Below, piece after piece: positions 28,536 to 38,596 of a stretch of 64,000 bases of DNA. A program made the position numbers and the translations under genes. The notes under the pieces are model-generated. The model searched no databases. It saw only the letters and a program-made list of their open reading frames with translations, and was not told the origin of the DNA. Numbering within the stretch: the first letter of the stretch is position 1; each line of letters starts with the position of its first letter. The stretch lies in IMG/VR virus record IMGVR_UViG_3300023174_000071, positions 64,326 to 128,325 of that record. The stretch is one strand, 5' to 3'. The DNA comes from a virus.

Positions 28536-29747
28536 ATGTATCAAATTCATCGACAGACTCCGAGCAAGATTTCTACAATTATGGTAGTTTTGGATGCCGG
28601 GGCACGGGCGGAATGGGGAGAATTTAATCCCGGAATTGCGCATATGCTTGAACACTGTCTTTTCAAGGGAACTGAAAAGCGCAATTGGGAAGAGATTCAG
28701 CGTGAACTTGGCTTTATCGGAGGAAATAGCAACGCATTTACATCAAATGAAATGGTTTGTTATTATATCTCAACCCCATTTGAAAATGTAGAGGCGGCAG
28801 CAGATATTATCTCTGACATTACATTTAACTCAACAATTCCTGAAGAAGAATTTCTAAAAGAAGTTGAAGTGGTTAAGGAAGAGGAGTTGATGTATAAGGA
28901 GGATCCTGATTCCGTAATGTGGGATCGATTCTGTGAGGAATTCTTCTCTAATTATCTGGCTACACCGGTTATTGGAACAGGCGAAACTATCGCTAAGTTT
29001 ACACGGGATGAAGTGTACGCTTTCTATAAGAAGTTTTATAATCGAGATGGCATGCTTGTTGTTTTGACGAGCCCTTATTCGCAGGAAGAAGGTGAAGCTA
29101 TTCTTGAGAAATACTTTGGTCCAAACGATAAGGTCTTTACCCGAGATGTTAAGTTTGAACAAAATGTGTATCCTCCATCCAAGCGAATCAATATGAAGAA
29201 GCCCGGTCTTGAACAGGCTCACGTTCAAATTGCATACCCCGGACTCAATGTTGGCGATCAAGATTTGCAATCTTTACAAATTCTTAGCTGCATTCTCGGT
29301 GCAGGTATGGATAGCCGACTCTTTACGGAAGTTCGAGAAAAGAATGGCCTTTGCTACAATATTGGTTGCGGTTCTCAGCAGTTTCGTGATGCAGGAGCTT
29401 TTTTGATTAGTTCTTCGACTCGTGAAGAAAATATCGAAAAGCTAATTGGCCTAGTTAATGTTGAATTGGAAAAGCTAAAAAATCATCCTGTTACAGAAGA
29501 AGAATTGATGCGAGCGAAGAATAAGTTTCGAGCCAACTTCTATTCTTCCTGTGAATCGAGTTATGGCGTTGCGAAAGATCTTTTAGTTCAAGTTTTCAAT
29601 AACCGAGCACCCATTGAAGCAATCATGGAACGATTGATGGCTGTAACAGCAGAAGATGTTATGAAGATTGCTAATCGAATCTTTAATCATGACTTTAGCA
29701 CAACAGTTGTCTGTGTAAATGAACGAGCAGAATCATCTCAGGCTTAG
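28536..29747 (+). CDS. M16 (pitrilysin-family) zinc peptidase
   Basis: GIAHMLEHCLFKGT (HxxEH), NAFTS and SRLF.EVREK.GLCY motifs. Confidence 0.92.
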   Translation: MYQIHRQTPSKISTIMVVLDAGARAEWGEFNPGIAHMLEHCLFKGTEKRNWEEIQRELGFIGGNSNAFTSNEMVCYYISTPFENVEAAADIISDITFNSTIPEEEFLKEVEVVKEEELMYKEDPDSVMWDRFCEEFFSNYLATPVIGTGETIAKFTRDEVYAFYKKFYNRDGMLVVLTSPYSQEEGEAILEKYFGPNDKVFTRDVKFEQNVYPPSKRINMKKPGLEQAHVQIAYPGLNVGDQDLQSLQILSCILGAGMDSRLFTEVREKNGLCYNIGCGSQQFRDAGAFLISSSTREENIEKLIGLVNVELEKLKNHPVTEEELMRAKNKFRANFYSSCESSYGVAKDLLVQVFNNRAPIEAIMERLMAVTAEDVMKIANRIFNHDFSTTVVCVNERAESSQA

Positions 29748-29903
29748 TCTAGGCTAAGCTATAAGATGATGTAAATCTGGATACGGAAAGTTGCTCAAAG
29801 TATATTTTGTTTGATAAAAGCAAAGCTGCTTTGAGCAAAATTTCGTCAAAATAGGATACTGCAAGAAAAGTTGTAAAATCTATTACAGCCTCGCAATAAA
29901 GAA

Positions 29904-29911
29904 GGTAAAAT
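29904..29911 (+). promoter_or_regulatory. RGTAAAAT -10-like element
   Basis: GGTAAAAT 42 nt before ATG 29946; recurs at 31115, 46250, 50821 and 53987. Confidence 0.4.
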
Positions 29912-29945
29912 TAAGCATACCGCTGATTATCGAGGCTGAAACAAG

Positions 29946-30260
29946 ATGAATTTAATTTTCCTAATAGTATTCTCAATTGGTGCGACAAACCTAGTTGTTA
30001 ACGCATCAATATTAGAGGGGTTACGAAATGCAGTTTCTTCAAAGCATCAATTGTTAGAAAAGCTGCTATCCTGTATGATGTGTGCGGGTTTCTGGGTTGG
30101 TATGTTATCGTCTTTATTTTTCGGAATCAATCCGATTTTTGCGGCGGTAATTTCCAGCCTTTTTTCACATCTATTTGGCGTACTAGTAGGGTGCGTCGAA
30201 TCTGTAACTTATGCAAACTATCAAATTCCACAAGCTGTAGAGGTTGAATATGAAGAATAA
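29946..30260 (+). CDS. Small membrane protein (DUF1360-like)
   Basis: TM helices with LLSCMMCAGFW motif. Confidence 0.7.
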   Translation: MNLIFLIVFSIGATNLVVNASILEGLRNAVSSKHQLLEKLLSCMMCAGFWVGMLSSLFFGINPIFAAVISSLFSHLFGVLVGCVESVTYANYQIPQAVEVEYEE

Positions 30261-30738
30261 GAATAGTCGTTTGTCTATCCCAGGAAAAATTATTGATCTT
30301 CTTTGGTACGATGATGAGTTTTTCCGAGAAGTAACCAATATTAAGAAGGCGTCAGATGTAAAGTTTCCGAAATACGATCATTGGTTAGAATCGAATAATT
30401 TTTTCATGGAATTTGCTTTGGCGGGATACTCCGCTGAAGATATCTCCATTATCGTTCAAGATAATGAATTAGTTTTAAGAAGCACACGCTCATCTAAGAC
30501 GGATGATTTGACGGAAGTGGATGTTGCTGCATCCGATTTGACTGCAAATACTCAACTAAAGATTCAGAAGGGCGTAGTTGTACGAGGCATTGCTCGCAGA
30601 AATTTTGAAGTTAAATTCCTAATTAGTTCAGAATTTGATCTTGAGCAAGCAACTGCTTCTATGAAAAATGGTCTACTTCAGGTAATTGTTCCAACTAAGA
30701 AAGACCGAATTATTAAAAATATACTTATTCAAGAATAA
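30250..30738 (+). CDS. Small heat-shock protein (Hsp20)
   Basis: FPKYD, ALAGY...I.I, RGIARRNF and ASMKNGLL motifs. Confidence 0.88.
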   Translation: MKNKNSRLSIPGKIIDLLWYDDEFFREVTNIKKASDVKFPKYDHWLESNNFFMEFALAGYSAEDISIIVQDNELVLRSTRSSKTDDLTEVDVAASDLTANTQLKIQKGVVVRGIARRNFEVKFLISSEFDLEQATASMKNGLLQVIVPTKKDRIIKNILIQE

Positions 30739-30756
30739 TATACAGAGAGGTTTAAA

Positions 30757-31035
30757 ATGGTTGATCATGTCAATGATTATGCGGAATTAAAGAATCTGCT
30801 TCATACAATGGTATGTTCCATTGTTGATGAAGTAGAACGAGTTGAGATTGAAGCTTCTGATACTCAGAATGGATACCTATTCCAAATTGCTGTATCAAAA
30901 GGCGATGTTGCGAAGCTTATTGGTAAAAAAGGTCGAGTAGCTACAGCCATTCGTTCGGTTGTTAAGGCTGCTGGTGCGAAGCGAGGCGTCCGCATTCTCG
31001 TTAACGTGCTAAATACCCCACTAGCCGCAGAATAA
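30757..31035 (+). CDS. khpA: KH-domain RNA-binding protein KhpA-like
   Basis: SIVDE...V and DVAKLIGKKGRVATAIRSVV (GxxG loop). Confidence 0.85.
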   Translation: MVDHVNDYAELKNLLHTMVCSIVDEVERVEIEASDTQNGYLFQIAVSKGDVAKLIGKKGRVATAIRSVVKAAGAKRGVRILVNVLNTPLAAE

Positions 31036-31056
31036 GTTATTTTATCTTTTTTCTCC

Positions 31057-31083
31057 AACGCGCCCATCGTGGCGCGTTTTTTT
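31057..31083 (+). terminator. Intrinsic terminator
   Basis: AACGCGCC-loop-GGCGCGTT-TTTTT. Confidence 0.78.
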
Positions 31084-31163
31084 ATTGTTTATCAATGAAA
31101 ATTTGTTAAAATTAAGTAAAATCAAATTAAGGCGCATGAAGCGTAAATCATAAGAGAGAAAAA

Positions 31164-31370
31164 ATGTCTGGAAAGAAAAAACTAAAACCCGCCGAAATCA
31201 AAAAGAAGATTTACCAGCTATACGAGAACTACGGAGTTGATTGCGGCGATATGGAAGAGGACGAATTGGAGCGCCTAATAAAAGAATATTCTGAATCCGG
31301 CGATATAGAAGCGGATCTAGAATTATCAAAACAAATCCTAAACATGTTTTCTTCTGGCTCAGAGGAATAA
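31164..31370 (+). CDS. Hypothetical protein
   Basis: 68 aa, TAATG-coupled to the HU gene. Confidence 0.55.
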   Translation: MSGKKKLKPAEIKKKIYQLYENYGVDCGDMEEDELERLIKEYSESGDIEADLELSKQILNMFSSGSEE

Positions 31371-31756
31371 TGTGTGCTATGCTCAACAGAAGAGGACTAG
31401 CCAGAAGGCTGTCCAAGAGGGCTCTCTTTAGTATTAGGGAGGCTGACCTCGTTATCGATGAATTGGCAAAGGTTATTGCTGAGGAGTTGTATAATGGCAA
31501 CGATGTTTGCATCGTTGGTTTTGGTAAATTCTTTCTATATGAACATTCCGCTCGTCCCGTTAGAAATCCAAAAACAAAAGAAGAGATGACGCTTAAACCC
31601 TATAAGTCAGTCAAGTTTAGGCCCAGCACTAGATTGAAGGAAATTCTAAAGGAAAAGCATGACGGCTCAAAACCAACTTCCGCATTTGAATTTCCCGAAG
31701 AGTTGGAGGAGTTTCCAGAGGATTATGATTCTGGAGACTATGACTCTGAAGAATAA
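31370..31756 (+). CDS. HU/IHF-family DNA-binding protein with acidic tail
   Basis: GFGKF...RPVRNPKT.E...VKFRPS motif. Confidence 0.9.
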   Translation: MCAMLNRRGLARRLSKRALFSIREADLVIDELAKVIAEELYNGNDVCIVGFGKFFLYEHSARPVRNPKTKEEMTLKPYKSVKFRPSTRLKEILKEKHDGSKPTSAFEFPEELEEFPEDYDSGDYDSEE

Positions 31757-31762
31757 TGCGCC

Positions 31763-32092
31763 GTGAATATCTTATTGATTTTGGGATGCAATGGGTTTAC
31801 CGGCTCCGATAATTTTTGTTATTGTCACGGAGTCAATAACCCTGTTTTAAAGCTATCTGAATGCGACAAAGAGTTGTCAGAAAAAATGATAAATTTTTTC
31901 GATAATGCATGCGGCTTATTTGAGATGCCGATAAATGATTATAATAAATGCATGAACACCTTGTCAATTTTATATCGTGATTATAAAGTAATATCTCCAG
32001 AGATGCTTCACAACATTCAAGCGTTTGCTCGACAACATAAAAGTTGTGGGTTATACTTATCTCTCATATTATCGGAGGATTATTATGGATGA
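31763..32092 (+). CDS. Hypothetical Cys/His-rich protein
   Basis: Packed ORF; C..CYCH and HKSC motifs. Confidence 0.55.
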   Translation: MNILLILGCNGFTGSDNFCYCHGVNNPVLKLSECDKELSEKMINFFDNACGLFEMPINDYNKCMNTLSILYRDYKVISPEMLHNIQAFARQHKSCGLYLSLILSEDYYG

Positions 32093-32417
32093 CATTAAAA
32101 TTCCAGACCGCCACGCTAGAGTTAGCGAGCAAGAGGCAAAGAGGCGTCTAGAACTCTGTATGCAAGATTTTAAAAATCTGCTATCCGACAAAACTCATCC
32201 GGATAATCAAACGGCAGCAATGAAGAAAAATACATCTTCTATTGTTAACCGACTTCTAGTTGCCGCAGATGAAATGGATTCTATTAAGCCAGCAGAAGGT
32301 ACGTTCGCTCTTATTGTTCTTAATATGATGTCTCTTCTAAAGCTACGAGATGAAAATATCAAATTGGAAGTAGAGATTAAGGAATTGCGAAAGGAACAAA
32401 AGAAGAAATTACAATGA
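32085..32417 (+). CDS. Hypothetical coiled-coil protein
   Basis: GGAGG RBS before ATG 32085. Confidence 0.65.
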   Translation: MDDIKIPDRHARVSEQEAKRRLELCMQDFKNLLSDKTHPDNQTAAMKKNTSSIVNRLLVAADEMDSIKPAEGTFALIVLNMMSLLKLRDENIKLEVEIKELRKEQKKKLQ

Positions 32418-32953
32418 TTGAGGGCGGCATTATCCAGCATATCTCTCAGAGTATCAAGATTACAGATCTTGCTGAAGAATTTGGAATCTCTCTCGAAGAA
32501 ACTTCTGGTAAATTTGATTATAGGTGCCGCTGTCCGTTTCATTCTAATGGAAGAGAAAACACCCCTTCTCTTTACATTAGTTCGGAACAGAACAGCTTCT
32601 TTTGCTTTGGATGCTCAAAAGGTTCAAATCCAATTGATTTCTATATCCTCATTAATCAAGTTACATTTACAGAAGCATTGCAAGAATTAAGACAGCGACT
32701 AAAAGATCCCCAAAATTTAGTTCAAGCGCCAAAGAAAGAAAGTAACTTTGGCTTGCTGTTAAGCTTATCCAGTTTCTTTCGAGAAAATCTAATCCAACAC
32801 CCGCAGCAACGACAATGGATATTGTCAATGATGAAGCGGACGGATATGTATATTGAACAAATTCCTCCTGAAGATATAGCTGCAACAAAGAAATTGATTT
32901 CAAAAATTAAAAAATCCTTTAAGGATAAGGTTGGAGAATCATGCGAATTGTAA
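32414..32953 (+). CDS. Stand-alone primase CHC2 zinc-binding domain protein
   Basis: CPFH...ENTPSL...FFCFGC..G.N.IDF motif; no TOPRIM domain. Confidence 0.85.
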   Translation: MIEGGIIQHISQSIKITDLAEEFGISLEETSGKFDYRCRCPFHSNGRENTPSLYISSEQNSFFCFGCSKGSNPIDFYILINQVTFTEALQELRQRLKDPQNLVQAPKKESNFGLLLSLSSFFRENLIQHPQQRQWILSMMKRTDMYIEQIPPEDIAATKKLISKIKKSFKDKVGESCEL

Positions 32954-34095
32954 TCTGTGGAGATACACATATTGGCGCAATTTTCGGTCTAGGTCGTTCT
33001 AATCAAACGGGCGGAAACACTCGAATTGATGATTACGCATCTACATTTAATTACATTGTTGATTATTGTATCCTAAACAAAGTAGATGCATTTGTTCAGA
33101 CAGGAGACCTGTTTGAGCATCGAGCGCCGTCAACAGAGCATATGGAAATCGCTAACGCATGCATTAAGCGGTTGTCTATTGCGAATATTGCTACGTTTAT
33201 TCTTATGGGCAATCACGATTTTAAGAAAACAGGCGACACCTTCACTAGTGCAATTACCAGTCTTTCCGCTAAAGATTTCCCAAATGTAAGAATGGTTTTG
33301 GAGCCTCAGGTCGCTTCTATTCAAAATGAAGATGGAGATAGTGCAAATCTACTCCTTCTTCCTTTCCGGGATAAGAAAATGTATCCAGGAAATTCAACGC
33401 AAGAATGTTCGGAGAAATATGAGGAGCATATCCAAGAACTTATCGGTTTTTCAAAGTCTCCACTGGTTGCTATTGGTCATAATTTTTATTATGAGGGTTC
33501 TTATTCCGATTATTCGGGCAAGGAGCTTCTACCTAAGGTTGAGGCTTTTGCTGGATGCGATCTGGTTGCCATGGGGCATCTTCATCAGTTCCGACCCATG
33601 CGAAAAGAAAATCCAACAGCGATTTACACAGGTTCTATGGAAAAGACGAACTTTGCGGATGCCGATGTTGATAAGTTTATCTTTGATTACGAAACAAAGT
33701 CAAAGAAACTAAAGACAGTTAAACTTCCAGTTCGAGACCTTATTGATCCCGAAATTGATGCAACAGGTTGTGATCCTACGGATGTTATTCAATTTGTTTC
33801 CGATGAACTCACCAAGCTTGACGTGAAGAATAAGATTGTTCGTGTAAATGTCTTAATTAAAGAAGCTTTGGCTCCTCAGTTGAAGAAGCGAGAGTTGGAA
33901 AAAGTTTTGTATGATAATGGGGCGTTCTTTGTCTCAAAAGTAAATACAAAACCGGTAAAAGAGAAGACAGTAAAAGATCTTACCATCTTAAGCCTGAAGA
34001 GTGATCATGAGATTTTTAAAGCATTCATCATGCAGCAATCTATGGATGATGACTTTAGAAACAAAATCATCGAAGAGCTTTCCAATATTTTCTGA
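32941..34095 (+). CDS. sbcD: SbcD/Mre11-like nuclease
   Basis: GDTHIG, GDLF, GNHD, GHLH and YTGS motifs. Confidence 0.9.
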   Translation: MRIVICGDTHIGAIFGLGRSNQTGGNTRIDDYASTFNYIVDYCILNKVDAFVQTGDLFEHRAPSTEHMEIANACIKRLSIANIATFILMGNHDFKKTGDTFTSAITSLSAKDFPNVRMVLEPQVASIQNEDGDSANLLLLPFRDKKMYPGNSTQECSEKYEEHIQELIGFSKSPLVAIGHNFYYEGSYSDYSGKELLPKVEAFAGCDLVAMGHLHQFRPMRKENPTAIYTGSMEKTNFADADVDKFIFDYETKSKKLKTVKLPVRDLIDPEIDATGCDPTDVIQFVSDELTKLDVKNKIVRVNVLIKEALAPQLKKRELEKVLYDNGAFFVSKVNTKPVKEKTVKDLTILSLKSDHEIFKAFIMQQSMDDDFRNKIIEELSNIF

Positions 34096-34104
34096 GAGGT
34101 TTTA

Positions 34105-36219
34105 ATGCTCCCGCTGAAATTAACTTTAGATAAATTCTTTTCGCATCGTTATAGCGAAATTGACTTTGAACAATTCAACTCTGTTCTTCTTATTGGAAAC
34201 ACAGAGGGTGATTATGATAAGAGTAATGGTTGCGGTAAATCTGCAATCAACGAATCTATTCTTTGGTGCTTATTTGGTAAGGCAAGAGTAGATAAGTCTA
34301 ACGATGTTATTTTATGGGGTGAAGATGAGTGCTCTGTTATTTTTGAATTTCAGCATGCATCAAAAACTTATAAGATTAAACGAAGCCGCAGCCGACGCTC
34401 CTCTACCGCAAATGTTGAGTTTTGGGTAAAGAATGATGACGATGAATGGGTTGAACTAACCGGCTCTACTTCAAGCTTAACCGATCAGAAGATTGAAGAA
34501 GTAATTAAAATCACCGAGAAAACCTTTACGAACTCTGTCTACTTCCGACAGAATGATATCTCGGAGTTTGCTGAGGCAGTTCCTTCTAAGCGAAAGGAAA
34601 TCCTAAAGAATATTGTTGATATCTCTCGTTGGGATTCCTACGAAAAGAAAGCGAAAGAAGAATCCAAAGCACTTTCTGGAAAGTGCCAAGTTATTTCTAC
34701 TTCTATTGCTAACCTTGGGGAACCGGAAGTCGTCATTGCTTCATCTAAGCTAAATATCATTCAGCATAACAAGCTTATTGAAGAAAAAGAAAAAGAAAGA
34801 GACGAACTAGATCTAGAATTAGAAAAGCTTGTAGAGCAACATTTTCAAATCAAAAGCACTTTGGATACAGGCGCATTTGAAGCCGTTTCTCTTCGTATTG
34901 ATAACTTAAAAGTTTTGGGACAAGAAAAGAAATCTGTTTATGATTCTGCGGAAAAGCAAATCCAAACCTTGGAGACTTCTTTTGCGTCTTATCAAAAGCA
35001 AATCGAAGAGGCTGAAAGTCTTATTGTAACATTATCTGAAGGCTTAATTGAAAATCTTGAAGACAAGATCGATCTTCAGAATAATCAAGAAATCTATCAT
35101 ACGACAATTGTAAATACCAGTTCAATTCAGCTTAGTGAGATTTCAGATGTTTCCATTGAAGAGGGCGCTTGTCCAACTTGCGGACAGGATGTTTCGGAAG
35201 ATCTCTGCAAAAAGTTTGAGGCGCAACGATTAGCTAAGAAGCTTGAATTAACAAAGAATCTTGAGGCATCCAAGAAAGAATTAGAGCAGATTAAAAAGCA
35301 AAAGCGATTGCTAAAAGAAGCTCAAGATAATATTAAGAAGATTGAATCGAATCAAACAAAAGTTGAAAAGCTAAAACATTCTTTGGCCGTAACTGAAGAG
35401 CAGCTAACTACGTATAAGGCGACGAAGCGAGATCTAACTACAGAGCTTAAGTCGTTAAAAGAAAAGTTAGAAGAAGAAAAGAAGACTCTTGAACTTCTTA
35501 AGAATAAAGACTTTTCAGAACTCGAAAGCCAAATTGAAAAAACAAAGCAAGCCAAGAGTTCTGTGGCAAAAGAAATTGAAAATGGCAAACTAAAAGTTGG
35601 CATTGAGTTGGAAAGAATTTCCAAAGCCGAAAGCGAATTGGTTAAGCAAACAGAGTTAAAGAAGGAATTGGAAGTGGCGCAAGATAAGGCTGCTGTCTAT
35701 GAAAAGATTTCGAAATCATTAGGCAAGCAGGGCATTCAGGCACTTCTTCTTGACTCTTTAATTACAGATTTGGAAGAAACATCTAATCAGATTCTTTCTT
35801 CTATTTGTCACGAACCATTTGTAATCAGTTTGGAAACAACGAAAGAGCGAGTGGCAGATTCATCAATCACAGAAACTTTAGATATTAAGATTCGTAAAGA
35901 TGGTGTGTTTCAGCATTTTAAATCATTAAGCGGAGGAGAGCAGTTCCGCATCTCTTTGGCTTTAAGAATTGCAATGTCAGAAATTGCGGCACAACATGGC
36001 GGATCATCATTAGAGTTTTTGCTTTTGGACGAAATCAATTCTCCGCTAGATAGAAGCGGAACAGAGAGTCTATTCACTAATGTAATTAAATCTCTAGAGA
36101 ATAAGTATAAAATTGTTGTAATCACTCACAATGAATTCTTAAAAGAGAAGTTTGATCACATTATTGATGTAACAAAAGTAAATGGGGAAAGTACAGCGAT
36201 TTATACTTCAAAAGTTTAA
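34105..36219 (+). CDS. sbcC: SbcC/Rad50-like SMC ATPase
   Basis: NGCGKS, Q-loop, coiled coil with CPTC hook, LSGGE, LLLDE and ITH motifs. Confidence 0.92.
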   Translation: MLPLKLTLDKFFSHRYSEIDFEQFNSVLLIGNTEGDYDKSNGCGKSAINESILWCLFGKARVDKSNDVILWGEDECSVIFEFQHASKTYKIKRSRSRRSSTANVEFWVKNDDDEWVELTGSTSSLTDQKIEEVIKITEKTFTNSVYFRQNDISEFAEAVPSKRKEILKNIVDISRWDSYEKKAKEESKALSGKCQVISTSIANLGEPEVVIASSKLNIIQHNKLIEEKEKERDELDLELEKLVEQHFQIKSTLDTGAFEAVSLRIDNLKVLGQEKKSVYDSAEKQIQTLETSFASYQKQIEEAESLIVTLSEGLIENLEDKIDLQNNQEIYHTTIVNTSSIQLSEISDVSIEEGACPTCGQDVSEDLCKKFEAQRLAKKLELTKNLEASKKELEQIKKQKRLLKEAQDNIKKIESNQTKVEKLKHSLAVTEEQLTTYKATKRDLTTELKSLKEKLEEEKKTLELLKNKDFSELESQIEKTKQAKSSVAKEIENGKLKVGIELERISKAESELVKQTELKKELEVAQDKAAVYEKISKSLGKQGIQALLLDSLITDLEETSNQILSSICHEPFVISLETTKERVADSSITETLDIKIRKDGVFQHFKSLSGGEQFRISLALRIAMSEIAAQHGGSSLEFLLLDEINSPLDRSGTESLFTNVIKSLENKYKIVVITHNEFLKEKFDHIIDVTKVNGESTAIYTSKV

Positions 36220-36257
36220 TTTCTGCTATTTTTCCGCCTGTTTATTGAGGTAGGAAC

Positions 36258-37136
36258 ATGAGAGTTATTGTTTTAACAGCGGTTGAAAGCAAATCTAAAA
36301 TTATTGCAGGGTTTCCTGAATATGTTGTCTTTTCAACAAATGTTCCTTCTACAATTTTCTATACATTAGATGGTACGGAGCCGGATCAGGATTCAGCTAT
36401 TGCAACCGGCCCCGTATATCTTCCCACTACAGAGCGTCATGTAACTCTTAAAGTTTTCGCAATATCAGGCAATGTTTATTCTGAAACATTAGAGTTTAAA
36501 TATTGCAATGAGTTTCAGGACATAGACCGAACAAGGCGTGTGGATGAAGAAGGCATTAATATTCTTCCTCCATGCGATCCTGTTGTTGATAATTTATCTA
36601 CGGATATTTACGGAAATCAGACTCAGGAAACATCCATACCGTTTTCTGAGTTAGATATGGTTGCGTCAACAACGGATAGTATCGGTCAAGAGTTAGAAGG
36701 CGGAACCTCCCTATCTTTCGTTAATTTTCCAAATAAAAAACTAGCATCAAATACAACTCATCATGGAAAGGTATCCTCAACGAGCGATGGTTACTTTGAT
36801 CCTTATGCCGGTTTGATTTTGATTAATGGTTCTTCTCAAGAAGAATTATCAGCACAAGTGGTTAAGATTATAAATCGTCCGTATGCCAGCATGGATCTAA
36901 CCTCAAAAGCGTATAATGATATCTATCAGAAGAATGAGTTGGTTACGGCCAACTTAGTGAAGCCGATATATAATCCCGCTACAGGATTGACAGTATTTTA
37001 TTATTTTGATAGTAGAGAATGTCGTTGGATATTCTCCACGCAAAAAACAGAACCAAAATCGTTTGTGTTAGATTGGGGTAAAAATAATTTTTCTTTCCAA
37101 TGGATTCATGAACCTTCTGGTACGAGATTATTCTAA
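36258..37136 (+). CDS. Protein with FN3-associated/chitobiase C-terminal-like domain, probably structural
   Basis: IFYTLDGTEP motif; TGCTATTT late-type motif 34 nt upstream. Confidence 0.65.
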   Translation: MRVIVLTAVESKSKIIAGFPEYVVFSTNVPSTIFYTLDGTEPDQDSAIATGPVYLPTTERHVTLKVFAISGNVYSETLEFKYCNEFQDIDRTRRVDEEGINILPPCDPVVDNLSTDIYGNQTQETSIPFSELDMVASTTDSIGQELEGGTSLSFVNFPNKKLASNTTHHGKVSSTSDGYFDPYAGLILINGSSQEELSAQVVKIINRPYASMDLTSKAYNDIYQKNELVTANLVKPIYNPATGLTVFYYFDSRECRWIFSTQKTEPKSFVLDWGKNNFSFQWIHEPSGTRLF

Positions 37137-37150
37137 AAAAAGAGGTCATT

Positions 37151-37882
37151 TTGATTAAACTTTCTGCATCTTCTATTGGTACTTATGAAAAATGTCCGAG
37201 ACAATATAGCTATCGTTATATTGAAAAGCCTGAGATTGAAGTAAAAGAATGGCCGCACTTAGAGTTAGGTTCCTGCGCCCACAGGGTTCTTGAACTTTTC
37301 CATCTTAAAATGATTGAGGCGCCAGTTCCTCCTGATCAGTTTTCCAAGTTAATGTCGGAATGCTTTATGGAAGCTCTTAAAGAATTTAAGATGCATCTCA
37401 TTAAGCCAAATCTTCCCGAACTAAAGGAAATGATTCAGGGATACCTCAATACAATTCGTTTAAATGGAATGCCTCCTACTGTTGCCGTAGAAATGCCATT
37501 TAATTTTAATGTCGGCAAATATGCTCTAAAAGGCTTCATCGACCGACTAGATCGAATCAGCGAAAAAGAATTCAGAATTGTTGACTATAAAACATCAAAG
37601 AATCCAAATTATCTAACCGACTTCCAGCTTCTTGTTTACGCAGCGGCTGTAAGAAGGGAGCATCCAGAGGCTGACACCTTTTCTGGTGCTTACGTCCTAC
37701 TTAAGCATGGTAGTAAAACAAAAGATTTCAAGTTCTCCTTGTCAGATATCGATAAGTGCTTAAATAAGATTGAGAAGACAGGAACGCTTATTGAAACGGA
37801 CACCGTCTTTGAAAAGAAACCAACTAGACTGTGTGATTGGTGTGACTTCAAAAACATCTGCCAAAACTCATGGGATCGATAA
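37151..37882 (+). CDS. PD-(D/E)XK exonuclease, RecB/AddB/Cas4-like with Fe-S cysteines
   Basis: LSASSI...CP, G...H, VE, GFIDRLD, IVDYKT, QL..Y and CDWC.....C motifs. Confidence 0.88.
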   Translation: MIKLSASSIGTYEKCPRQYSYRYIEKPEIEVKEWPHLELGSCAHRVLELFHLKMIEAPVPPDQFSKLMSECFMEALKEFKMHLIKPNLPELKEMIQGYLNTIRLNGMPPTVAVEMPFNFNVGKYALKGFIDRLDRISEKEFRIVDYKTSKNPNYLTDFQLLVYAAAVRREHPEADTFSGAYVLLKHGSKTKDFKFSLSDIDKCLNKIEKTGTLIETDTVFEKKPTRLCDWCDFKNICQNSWDR

Positions 37883-37894
37883 AATGGAGAATTT

Positions 37895-38590
37895 ATGCAA
37901 AACAAAAAGTCTAAAAGAGGAGAAAAGAATTTCGAAGGAATGGTGAAGGTTTATAATGACGAAATTTTTATCTCCACAAAGACTGGTGTTGGTGTAGATT
38001 TCGTACTAAAAAAAATGGATCCTCTTCTTTCAAAGATGGCATCCCGAACTTATCTTCCCGGTTATCGCTTCGAAGACATAAAGCAAGAGCTTAGCATTAT
38101 CGCTATTGAGGGGATTAAAAATTATGACAACTCAAAGGGTGTTAAGCTAAGCACATTTCTTCATGTTCACTTAAGGAACAAGATCATTTCAAAGGTTCTC
38201 AGTAAGAATCGGTTATCTGCAGATGCAGTATTTTCAGACCATGTTGAGACTGAAGAAAGTTCATTGAAAACGAATAAGGTGCGAGAAGAAATTCTTTTCT
38301 CTAGCATTCGATATAATAAACTTGAAGACTCTGATAATGTCAGGTTTGATGATAAAATTGATTCTTCAAATTCGTTATATAAGTCGGGCGATAATTCTGA
38401 TTTTGATGCCGTATTTAATTCTGCTCTAAAAACATTAGATGAAGAAACTCAAAATATTTTAAAGAAAGCATATCTAGAAGAAAAGAATATTGTTGAAATT
38501 GCTCAAGACTTTAATCTTCAACCTTGGATGGTTTCTAAGAAGTTAAAGTCAAAACAAGTAAAAGAATTGTTTGGAATGTTTCAGAAATAA
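37895..38590 (+). CDS. Sigma70-family sigma factor
   Basis: EDIKQE...IEGIKNYD..KG.KLSTF region 2; C-terminal HTH (EIAQ.F). Confidence 0.8.
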   Translation: MQNKKSKRGEKNFEGMVKVYNDEIFISTKTGVGVDFVLKKMDPLLSKMASRTYLPGYRFEDIKQELSIIAIEGIKNYDNSKGVKLSTFLHVHLRNKIISKVLSKNRLSADAVFSDHVETEESSLKTNKVREEILFSSIRYNKLEDSDNVRFDDKIDSSNSLYKSGDNSDFDAVFNSALKTLDEETQNILKKAYLEEKNIVEIAQDFNLQPWMVSKKLKSKQVKELFGMFQK

Positions 38591-38596
38591 TCCTGA

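Noticed and set aside
37151-37882. CRISPR-associated Cas4 or a CRISPR locus
   Set aside because: No cas1/cas2 and no repeat-spacer array seen; context is recombination and replication
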